Source: a virus. From it: 64,000 nt of DNA. Under the pieces are notes generated by a model. That model did not search any database. It was not told where the DNA came from and saw only the letters and a program-made list of their open reading frames with translations. The DNA is taken from positions 1 to 64,000 of the IMG/VR virus record IMGVR_UViG_3300044878_000051; one strand, written 5' to 3'. This document shows, piece after piece, positions 56,573-64,000 of the stretch. Both the position numbers and the translations under genes were made by a program. How positions within the stretch are numbered: the stretch's first letter is position 1; each line of letters begins with the position of its first letter.

Positions 56573-58792
56573 TGGTGAGGCTTCGAGGAAGTCCGATACA
56601 AGCTTGGTGTTATTGTCGTTAGACAGGAAAACGCCGAGTGATTCCAAAATCAAATAGAACGGACGTACAGTCGAGTACACGAGTTTACGGATGTTCATTG
56701 CAGACAGTACTTCAGTTGGCAGGCCGGTCAGCTCTACCACGTCTTTCGGCAGGAGCAAGGTAGTCGCGTTAGGTTTCCCCTCGTACTGCCTCATCAGGCC
56801 TTCACGGATGTGTTGGTCTTGAATACCTTCAATCCAACCGGCTAGGGCTGTCTTGTTCGGTACATCCAGCGAAACCTTGATCGCAGCGTACGGTGGCTTT
56901 GGGGCCTCGCCGTATTTCTCACGGAACACACGTTCCCACAACAGGTAGTGTTGGTACGGAGACTGCCCAGGGTTGACGTAAGCACCAGCATCTTTGACAG
57001 AAGCCCGAGCAAGGTACTTGGACTCAGCTCTCATCACCGAACTGATAATACCGTGTTCGATGTCAGCGACTTTCTGCATGATGTCAGTGATCTTGATTTT
57101 CTCCCCAGCCATCACGTTGTCCATGATCCCACACATGGTGGCTGTCACTTCCTTCATGATGTTCGGCGGACAGTTCGAGTCTTTGAGGTAAACCCCTTTG
57201 ATCTCTTCTTCCAGCTCGGAGAACACGTTACCTTCTTTGGCTGCCTTGTAGGCGTAGTAATGCTTAGCCATCGAAGTCAAACTGAAGACAGAGAATGCAA
57301 ACTCGTTCTTCATAGCCAGAACGTTGAGCTTCTCTGGAACCACACCCATCGTGGTCGACAGTTGTGCCAGTACGTGGATGATCGACTGAGTAGCCAGATA
57401 CACCATCGTGTAGTCCACAGCAAACGCTTCAGGACTGAAGTCAACCTTACCGCAATACCACTGCACCCAGTTCTGCACGGTGAAGATCGTGGAGTCGGTG
57501 TCAGAGGTAATAGCCACCTGACGCACAGAGTCACGAATCCATGCTACCGAAGCAGGCATGTTGTCCGTTACCCAGAACGCATTGATCAGGTAGACGTAAT
57601 CGTTCAGCACTTGGTGAATGTTCTTCACTGTCGCACCGATGATGCAGTAGTCAGCAGGGCGCTGTTCCAACAACTTACCCAGACCCAGACCACCTAGCTC
57701 GTCAGAACACAGCAGGCTCACGAACGCTTTGAGGTCGTTGTCCATACCCTTGATGTAGGTCTTGGCTTCTTCCAGCTCAATACCGACTGTAGCCTTGCTG
57801 GACAGACGTGCCATGAACAGACGCATCGGAGCGTTGTTGAACTTGGACAGGTGCCACATATCGCCAACGTAGGCAAATGCGGAACGTTCCAGATCATTCA
57901 ACCCTTCGACCAAGCAACGGATCTCAGCCACTTGACGCTTGTTCACCCAGTAGTGCTGAGTGGAGTACAGGATCAACTCCATGACTTCATCAACAGTAGG
58001 TGCCCGGAATCCGTAGAGTTCCATGGCCTTAGCGATCAGGTCGTAATCAACGTGACCGATGATGCTGACGATGTTTGCCTTCACAACGTCTGGCGACCAG
58101 TAGTGACGGTTGCCTGCCAAGAACTTCTCGTTGTTGGCGTTACCCAGCGAAGTCGCAACCCGGCAGGTAGAAGTCAGGCTCGAGTGTGCCGACTTGTTGT
58201 GCAGGATCGTAGAAGCCGACGCTTGACCACCGGACAGACTGTTGTTCGCAATCTTGTACGTGGTCTGTTCGTTTTCTTTCAGGTCTTCCAGTTCTTGCAT
58301 AGTCGCCGCTTGACGACTCATGACACGAGCTTGAACGGTGTCACCTGCTTTCAGGAACTCTTCAGCTTTGAGTTTGAACTCCTGGCCAGCCATCTTGGCT
58401 TCCAGACCTTCGTGCTTCACCTTACCACGACCGACGATGTTACCGGTGATGTATTCGGAGAGCAGGGAAGGCAAGACATCCGGGTGTTCGTAGACAGTCA
58501 TGCTCGGTGCAAAGAGCCAACGGTTCTGGATGATGTCTTTCAGGTACTGCGTGAAAGTGGTTTCATGTTGACCACGATCACCTTTATCGTCGCGATGTAA
58601 GCAAAGTAGCGCAGGGTCGACTATCTCAAACTTGCCACCGGGGCCTGTCTGACGCTGTACGTAAGCCACACAGTCTTCAATCGGTTTACCTGTACGTTTG
58701 CTTAGGAAAATCGCCATGTCCCGTCGGTAGTTCCCCACGACGTCCAGATCGCGCTTGTACGCGGTAGCTGGCTTAACAAAATGGTTCTCCAT
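56564..58792 (-). CDS. Split family-B DNA polymerase, motif B/C subunit (phiKZ gp50-like)
   Basis: KIANNSLSG (motif B), SDTDST (motif C), KHYY, IKG. Confidence 0.9.
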   Translation of the reverse strand: MENHFVKPATAYKRDLDVVGNYRRDMAIFLSKRTGKPIEDCVAYVQRQTGPGGKFEIVDPALLCLHRDDKGDRGQHETTFTQYLKDIIQNRWLFAPSMTVYEHPDVLPSLLSEYITGNIVGRGKVKHEGLEAKMAGQEFKLKAEEFLKAGDTVQARVMSRQAATMQELEDLKENEQTTYKIANNSLSGGQASASTILHNKSAHSSLTSTCRVATSLGNANNEKFLAGNRHYWSPDVVKANIVSIIGHVDYDLIAKAMELYGFRAPTVDEVMELILYSTQHYWVNKRQVAEIRCLVEGLNDLERSAFAYVGDMWHLSKFNNAPMRLFMARLSSKATVGIELEEAKTYIKGMDNDLKAFVSLLCSDELGGLGLGKLLEQRPADYCIIGATVKNIHQVLNDYVYLINAFWVTDNMPASVAWIRDSVRQVAITSDTDSTIFTVQNWVQWYCGKVDFSPEAFAVDYTMVYLATQSIIHVLAQLSTTMGVVPEKLNVLAMKNEFAFSVFSLTSMAKHYYAYKAAKEGNVFSELEEEIKGVYLKDSNCPPNIMKEVTATMCGIMDNVMAGEKIKITDIMQKVADIEHGIISSVMRAESKYLARASVKDAGAYVNPGQSPYQHYLLWERVFREKYGEAPKPPYAAIKVSLDVPNKTALAGWIEGIQDQHIREGLMRQYEGKPNATTLLLPKDVVELTGLPTEVLSAMNIRKLVYSTVRPFYLILESLGVFLSNDNNTKLVSDFLEASPAA

Positions 58793-58850
58793 TACAACTC
58801 CTAAGCTGAGGTCTCTTCATTCTATTGGTCGGGTACGGATTTTAATACGC

Positions 58851-58886
58851 ACGGCATAATGAGGGAGGTTTCCCTCCCCCACTATT
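58851..58886 (-). terminator. Hairpin with TATGCCGT tail and no U-tract
   Basis: GTGGGGGAGG-GAAA-CCTCCCTCAT. Confidence 0.7.
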
Positions 58887-59502
58887 AATCAGCAATAGCT
58901 TCGACCGGTTCGGACTTCAGGGATTCCACCTTGATAGTCCATTCCTCAAAGAGGCTACTGATCTTGGCCTTCTCTTCGTCCGTACGCTGAGCAGGCTGGT
59001 TAACAATCACCTCCTTCAGCGGGAACGGGAACTTAGGCAGCTCGGTCTCTTTGGACTTCACTTCCAAGTCGATCTTGATCCACGGGTGACGCTCACCAGC
59101 TTGTGTGGTGTAAACGTCGACTTCCCATTTCAGGTCAGTCCCTTCGATCTCGAAGATGTAGCGAGTCTTGTTCAGACCCTTGTCGGCGAAGAAACGGAAT
59201 TGCTCGAAGAAATCCTTGGAGCAGATCTGTTCTACTTCTTTCTTGCCCAATTCCCCAGGGGTCTTGGTCTTGACGCACATCTCGTACGTCTTGTCGTCAG
59301 TAGCTCGTACGCGACATTGAGCAAAGGCACCTTCACTGCGTTCGCGGTAAGATTCCCACTGCTCCTGCTTCTCCTGACGGGTCGCTTGTTCCAACCACTC
59401 CCAGGACTCTACCCGAGCGAAGAAGGCGTATTCGATCTCTTGCTGTACCGTTCCATCAGCACCGTCTTCCAGTGAGATGTTCAGGCGTCGTAAAGACGTC
59501 AT
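58885..59502 (-). CDS. CYTH (triphosphate tunnel metalloenzyme) protein
   Basis: EIE, RVR, K, EVE, KTRY, WEVDVY, DLEV motifs; GGAG RBS. Confidence 0.85.
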   Translation of the reverse strand: MTSLRRLNISLEDGADGTVQQEIEYAFFARVESWEWLEQATRQEKQEQWESYRERSEGAFAQCRVRATDDKTYEMCVKTKTPGELGKKEVEQICSKDFFEQFRFFADKGLNKTRYIFEIEGTDLKWEVDVYTTQAGERHPWIKIDLEVKSKETELPKFPFPLKEVIVNQPAQRTDEEKAKISSLFEEWTIKVESLKSEPVEAIAD

Positions 59503-59521
59503 AAAAAACTCCAATTGGGAC

Positions 59522-59555
59522 AAAGAAAAAAGATAGGGGCCGAAGCCCCGTATCT
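59522..59555 (-). terminator. Intrinsic terminator
   Basis: GGGGC-TTCG-GCCCC plus T tract. Confidence 0.85.
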
Positions 59556-59639
59556 AATCCCACCAACCAGGAACCAACAGCCCATGCTAGTCCTAATGGC
59601 GACACGGCCCAACGTGTCATAGATTAATGGGTTGTGTAT

Positions 59640-60050
59640 TTAATTACCGGCGGTGAGTTCTACTTGGTTGTAACCGTTCGCACCCAACAGGGCCAGGATC
59701 TGATCCCAGTCCGAAGGTTTGACCCCGGAGATCTTGGCGTTGATCACCGTGTAGTCAGACAACACGATGCTCGATTCCTTGATCCACGGCAAACCTAGGA
59801 TCTGGCGTTGGCCAGAAGGGAACTCGATCCGCACGTACAGGTAAGCGTCAGGATCATTCGGCGTACCGCTAGGTAGTGAACCGAACACGTTGGCGTGGAT
59901 CTCATCCACCCCAGTACCCAAGTCACGGGCAGTGGTGGAATCAATAACACCGAGAACCTTGACGTTCTTGAACTGGGAGTTCAGTACGGCAGTTGGCCAG
60001 ACCGAGAAACTCACAACAGACTTTTGAACCAGTTTGTCTTGTGTAGCCAT
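59640..60050 (-). CDS. Core conserved protein (phiKZ gp49-like)
   Basis: H..V...LP.GTP.DP..Y.Y, GLPWI motifs; synteny. Confidence 0.6.
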   Translation of the reverse strand: MATQDKLVQKSVVSFSVWPTAVLNSQFKNVKVLGVIDSTTARDLGTGVDEIHANVFGSLPSGTPNDPDAYLYVRIEFPSGQRQILGLPWIKESSIVLSDYTVINAKISGVKPSDWDQILALLGANGYNQVELTAGN

Positions 60051-60382
60051 GGGTGTTGAAACTCCTGAAACTCAACCATAACTAGCCCGCTATGGTTAAT
60101 CAGTTTAATAGAAGAAAGAGTACCCCTAACAAGCCGCCGGTAGAGTAGTTCCTCACGTATTCTCTCGACTGTCTCCCAGAACAAGTCTAGGAGGTCGTGG
60201 TCTAACGTTTCGGTATCGAGATCGTAAGGATCTTCTAAACCTAGGACCGTACTCACCAACAGATCAAAATCCTGTGTCCGGTCTTCCGTTTCACCCAAAG
60301 GATCGACGTTGACAGGGCAGATCATCTTGAAGATTGCTAGGGCCTCTAATAAGTTGGTGGACACGAAAGCAGCACGACCCAC
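60011..60382 (-). CDS. Hypothetical protein, array member 8
   Basis: 123 aa ORF. Confidence 0.65.
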   Translation of the reverse strand: MGRAAFVSTNLLEALAIFKMICPVNVDPLGETEDRTQDFDLLVSTVLGLEDPYDLDTETLDHDLLDLFWETVERIREELLYRRLVRGTLSSIKLINHSGLVMVEFQEFQHPWLHKTNWFKSLL

Positions 60383-60394
60383 GATAAACCTCGC

Positions 60395-60748
60395 TTAGCC
60401 AATGAACTCCAGTATAACCGTGGAACTCACCAGCGACTGGAAACGGTACATCAGTTGACCGTCAGGCCTGTAGAGCATCATCTGTGACATACACTTCAGA
60501 AGATCCACCCCGTAGCGTTTCAAGGCGTTACACATAATTTCACCATCCTCAGTGAACTTACCGTCTTTCGCCATGTGTTTCAGTACGGACAGGCAGTAAC
60601 GATCTAACTCGCTCATGTTATTACCGTCAGACAAGTGAGTAATTACATTTCGCGTCTCTTGCACAAGGTCATACTGCACCACTTCCATCATTGCCAGTGA
60701 GGCACGGAACTGCTTTATAGCGGCTGCGCTGTTCAATGCGACATTCAT
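60395..60748 (-). CDS. Hypothetical protein, array member 7
   Basis: 117 aa ORF. Confidence 0.7.
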   Translation of the reverse strand: MNVALNSAAAIKQFRASLAMMEVVQYDLVQETRNVITHLSDGNNMSELDRYCLSVLKHMAKDGKFTEDGEIMCNALKRYGVDLLKCMSQMMLYRPDGQLMYRFQSLVSSTVILEFIG

Positions 60749-60784
60749 AATTCACTCGTCATAAAGAGGAGCGCACAGCACTCC

Positions 60785-61201
60785 TCAGATATAAGACTCA
60801 ACCAAGACGTTCCCACCGATCCATTGACGGGTCAAGCGGTAGCCGAAGCTTGGGGTTTTGAAGTACTGACTGGTCATGTCTGAGATCAGCATGTGGATCT
60901 CGAGCGCAAGGTTCGTCAGGTTGTGCAAGGCGATGGCTTCATCGTCACTCAGTTCGCTGGGGTCTGATTGCCCCTTGACATTACACAGGAAGTGATCCTC
61001 TATAATGCCCATCACAGTCCACGTCTTATCGTACCGGATGTGGAGGTCAGTGATGCTGAAGGAGAGTTCGGCTAACCCTTTAAGGCTCACCTGATGCTCC
61101 AACAGATAGGGTTCCAGATGCCAGTAGTCCCGGAGGATTCGACTCACCGGGATCAGGATGGGATTAGAACGCACCACTTTTAAATCGCTCATGATAGTCA
61201 C
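60785..61201 (-). CDS. Hypothetical protein, array member 6
   Basis: 138 aa ORF. Confidence 0.7.
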   Translation of the reverse strand: MTIMSDLKVVRSNPILIPVSRILRDYWHLEPYLLEHQVSLKGLAELSFSITDLHIRYDKTWTVMGIIEDHFLCNVKGQSDPSELSDDEAIALHNLTNLALEIHMLISDMTSQYFKTPSFGYRLTRQWIGGNVLVESYI

Positions 61202-61213
61202 TCACTCGAGTGC

Positions 61214-61585
61214 TTAGCAGCGGATTAGATCTACGTAATGCCCGTGGTTAGGATTCACCCGGAGATCGAAGTCGTAGTTCCCGTGTTTGAGGATCGGCTT
61301 CAGGTAACGGGCTACCGCTATCTGGGCACGGATGTAGTTCTCCTCGTATGCCATCAGTTGTGCTTTGTGAACCATGAAGTACGCGTACTCCATCTCCGTC
61401 AGGTGCTGCACCAAGAAGTCGTCCATGGAGCAGATCACGCTGGCCTCGTAATCCAAGGGGTCTCGTGTGAGTTCCCCGTAGAGCACGTTGTTGAAGAACT
61501 CGTCTCGATCCACCCCGAGCTGGTCCAGGATGTCCTTATCCACAGGGGGCAATAAGGTATCCCGGATGTACAAACGCATGGACAT
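61214..61585 (-). CDS. Hypothetical protein, array member 5
   Basis: 123 aa ORF. Confidence 0.7.
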   Translation of the reverse strand: MSMRLYIRDTLLPPVDKDILDQLGVDRDEFFNNVLYGELTRDPLDYEASVICSMDDFLVQHLTEMEYAYFMVHKAQLMAYEENYIRAQIAVARYLKPILKHGNYDFDLRVNPNHGHYVDLIRC

Positions 61586-61586
61586 G

Positions 61587-62081
61587 TCAGACTCCTAGAT
61601 ATTCTCGCAAGCCTGATGCTACCCAGTCACCGTTCTCCAAACTGCTCTCGACGTCCTTCCTCAGGAGGTCGATGTGGTTCTGGGGGTTGTGTGGGCGACA
61701 CCGTGCCAATTGCAACAGCTTGATGTCACCTCGAGGCGTCAGGTCAAAGTGCCAACTCCAATCGTCAGCATTCTCTTTGATCATTCGCCAGATGTAACGT
61801 TTGATGAAATCAATAGCTTCTTCAACCATGTCCTCAACTTCTGCCTGAGGAATCTTGTCGGAGTAGCTACGGATCTGATTCACCACAATCTCGCGGGCTG
61901 CAATCACGTTGCCGTAAAAGCAGTTCTCCACAGTACCAGAGAGAATCCCTATCAGGTTCAGGTAGTTAGCGCCGATGCCCAAGTATGGACGTAGGCGGCC
62001 TTCTAGCTGCTTAATGATGGGAGTCCCAGGTATGACGTATGTCGCCGCGAGCGTAATGCCAATCCCAAATTCGGTAGTCAC
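61587..62081 (-). CDS. Hypothetical protein, array member 4
   Basis: 164 aa ORF, GTG start with GGAG, overlaps upstream gene by 71 nt. Confidence 0.65.
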   Translation of the reverse strand: MTTEFGIGITLAATYVIPGTPIIKQLEGRLRPYLGIGANYLNLIGILSGTVENCFYGNVIAAREIVVNQIRSYSDKIPQAEVEDMVEEAIDFIKRYIWRMIKENADDWSWHFDLTPRGDIKLLQLARCRPHNPQNHIDLLRKDVESSLENGDWVASGLREYLGV

Positions 62082-62550
62082 CTTTGAACTCCAACATCAA
62101 GTTATTGCCTAGGGGCTTGATCGCACAGACTTTCCACGTAGGTTCAGTCAGCAACTTCTGCATGATCTGGTTCACACCGCCTGCGATTGGATCGAGGACT
62201 TGGTTATCCAGTTCAGAGAAGAAACCATCACCATCATTCTGGTACTGTCTCCCCACGGTCTGTTCGTAGCCGGGCATCAGTCGTGCCAGTGCTCCAGCGA
62301 TAAACCCTACTTCAAAGAATTCACGAGGGTAGTTGCCAAATACACGCGACAGCTTCCGATCGTGCTTTTCCAGCTCGTACCAGTTGAACCATTGTTGCAG
62401 TTCCCGGCAGACAATTGCTTGTGCCAACAGCCGACACTTATTGACGGTGATGTTAGCCACCATCTCAGGATGGCCGATGTTTACCAAGAAGTTATCAAAA
62501 TGATACTTCAAGCTTAGCGCTGTAGCATCAACAGGGAATAGGAAATTCAT
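62011..62550 (-). CDS. Hypothetical protein, array member 3
   Basis: 179 aa ORF. Confidence 0.7.
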   Translation of the reverse strand: MNFLFPVDATALSLKYHFDNFLVNIGHPEMVANITVNKCRLLAQAIVCRELQQWFNWYELEKHDRKLSRVFGNYPREFFEVGFIAGALARLMPGYEQTVGRQYQNDGDGFFSELDNQVLDPIAGGVNQIMQKLLTEPTWKVCAIKPLGNNLMLEFKGDYRIWDWHYARGDIRHTWDSHH

Positions 62551-62560
62551 GAGGCAGCCT

Positions 62561-62917
62561 TTAAAGGTACAGATACAAACCCGTGGGTCTGATCATCAAC
62601 GTCAATTCACCTTCTGGGATCAAGTGGTGGTTACACGCCTTGATCTTCCGGTAAAGCTGGGTGCGTAACAAGTTTTGCTTGTCAATCAGGTGGATTAGTT
62701 TGTACACGTCAGTGTGAGCTTGATCCTCTCGGAACACTAACAACAACGTGCTTTCGATGCAGTCTTTCAACCACGTCGTCTCAATCATGATCATCAGGTA
62801 CTGAATGTCGTACAGCCCTAATAGATGTTGAAACTGCGGGGTACTCAGTGCATCCCGTATCTCACAGTGGAGCATCACCTGTAAGTTACGGTAGTCAGTC
62901 ACCAATTGAATATCCAT
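62561..62917 (-). CDS. Hypothetical protein, paralog of 62928-63284
   Basis: 118 aa, ends IRPTGLYLYL. Confidence 0.8.
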   Translation of the reverse strand: MDIQLVTDYRNLQVMLHCEIRDALSTPQFQHLLGLYDIQYLMIMIETTWLKDCIESTLLLVFREDQAHTDVYKLIHLIDKQNLLRTQLYRKIKACNHHLIPEGELTLMIRPTGLYLYL

Positions 62918-62927
62918 CGGTGTCTCC

Positions 62928-63284
62928 TTAACTGTACAGGTACAAACCTGTGGGACGTATATAAAGGATGAGGTTCTCGTTGAACTTTCTAGGGATCAAG
63001 AGTTTCGCTATGCGGTTACGCAGAACGTGGTCTCGATCTAGGAAGCACAACACCCCATGAAGTACAGTGACAAAGTGTGACGGGTATTGTTGCTGAACTA
63101 TCCTACCAGTCAACTCTTCCACAGTCTCCCTTAGCCAAAGGTATTCAATCAACCCAACCAATTCCTCGTAGTCTCCGAAGGCTTGTGTCAGGTACTGAAA
63201 CTTGAGCATCCCCAAGGCTACATCTATATCGTCTCGCAGGTGTACTTGAATCTGGCGAAACCCTATAACGAATTGGAGCCGCAT
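62928..63284 (-). CDS. Hypothetical protein, paralog of 62561-62917
   Basis: 118 aa, ends IRPTGLYLYS. Confidence 0.8.
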   Translation of the reverse strand: MRLQFVIGFRQIQVHLRDDIDVALGMLKFQYLTQAFGDYEELVGLIEYLWLRETVEELTGRIVQQQYPSHFVTVLHGVLCFLDRDHVLRNRIAKLLIPRKFNENLILYIRPTGLYLYS

Positions 63285-63308
63285 GGTTCTAACCTTTCTG
63301 AAGGTTTG

Positions 63309-63336
63309 TTCAATTGGATAATATAGGTCTCAAACT
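63309..63336 (-). promoter_or_regulatory. Early promoter
   Basis: TTTGAGACC-TATATTAT-N5-TGAA. Confidence 0.8.
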
Positions 63337-63421
63337 TCTTCGGATGGCCTGTATGCTCTTTACTCTATATCATCAGGGGTTTGTGTGAACTTATACACGC
63401 AGTCGCTCCTGTGAGCTTACA

Positions 63422-63468
63422 GACGGCATAAAGCCCAACCACCCTCAGTTGGACTGGGCTTTATGTTT
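63422..63468 (-). terminator. Terminator with TTTATGCCGT tail (possibly bidirectional)
   Basis: CATAAAGCCCA/TGGGCTTTATG stem. Confidence 0.85.
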
Positions 63469-64000
63469 TACGCTGGCTTCGGTCGGCTATCCGTGAGTGG
63501 AGTCAGGTCCCCTCTCGGCCAACCTAGTGGGGTCGGAGTAGCCAGGCATGTTTTCCCACCGAGTACCCCTGACGGCACAAGGATTGCGGCTAGAACTTAC
63601 GCACCCCTCCAATTGCCCGGCTCGGCTGGTAAAGGTAGGATTCCAATGCGTAAGCGAAGTGCCGAAACACTTCCCCAAGACTATTCAGATCGAACCCGGC
63701 CTAGGCACATCCGAATACTCTTGAGGCTGCGTTCAAGCGTAGGCCCCAACCACTATAGGTGCAGAGGGGGCGGGCTATCGTACAACTTGAACCCTTCGCG
63801 GGGGTCCCGTACCCTTTGCCTTACCGGTCGAGTGCGAGTCAACTTTATAGGGCTTCCTGTAGTACGTCTGCTTATCCAGGGTGAGGTTGCAAACGCCCAA
63901 CCCTTGCCGGGCTGAGATACGTGACCCCTCGGGTTCAACCGAGCAGCGACGATTTAAGACCCCCGAACCCACCGGCTCTCTGGACAGAGTAGTCACTAGG
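63425..64000 (-). ncRNA. Putative large structured non-coding RNA (5' end beyond window)
   Basis: No credible ORF; at least 7 contiguous helices; most G-U pairs and a UUCG loop favour the minus strand; ends at a terminator. Confidence 0.65.

Noticed and set aside
63463-63996. ORFs 63463-63915, 63487-63678, 63753-63938, 63775-63996
   Set aside because: R/P/G/S-rich, no RBS or phage-like codon usage; region better explained by RNA structure.
63425-64000. tmRNA, RNase P, tRNA or group I/II intron identity
   Set aside because: No T-arm/CCA end, no RNase P P4 consensus, no P7 or domain V motif visible, and no interrupted CDS within the window.
1-64000. CRISPR array, tRNA genes, IS/integrase, inteins
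   Set aside because: No spaced direct repeats, cloverleafs, transposase motifs or intein-sized insertions seen by eye.

Overview
64-kb segment of a nucleus-forming (phiKZ-like, Chimalliviridae) jumbo phage genome. It holds the core block: chimallin, four non-virion RNA polymerase subunits (two beta' pieces, beta C-half, gp68-like specificity subunit), a PicA/Imp1-like import factor, SbcD nuclease, SF2 helicase, both halves of the split family-B DNA polymerase, and a virion RNAP beta' subunit. It also has a virion/head protein block (gp84-gp101-like), thymidylate kinase, and accessory islands driven by TATATTAC-type early promoters. phiKZ gp numbers come from recalled motifs plus synteny, not from a search. 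Top observations: (1) a >=540-nt structured non-coding region at the right edge, probably a large minus-strand ncRNA; (2) a U9 slippery site whose -1 frame fuses a 512-aa ORF to the next ORF, like tail-assembly-chaperone G/GT; (3) a ~150-nt structured sRNA at 26.13-26.28 kb; (4) a TATGCC(G) motif after about 17 terminator-like hairpins, some with no U-tract; (5) anti-defence candidates (Tad1-like sponge, DarG-like macrodomain, HD protein, CYTH enzyme with a head-processing motif); (6) a tandem array of 8 small, probably paralogous genes.
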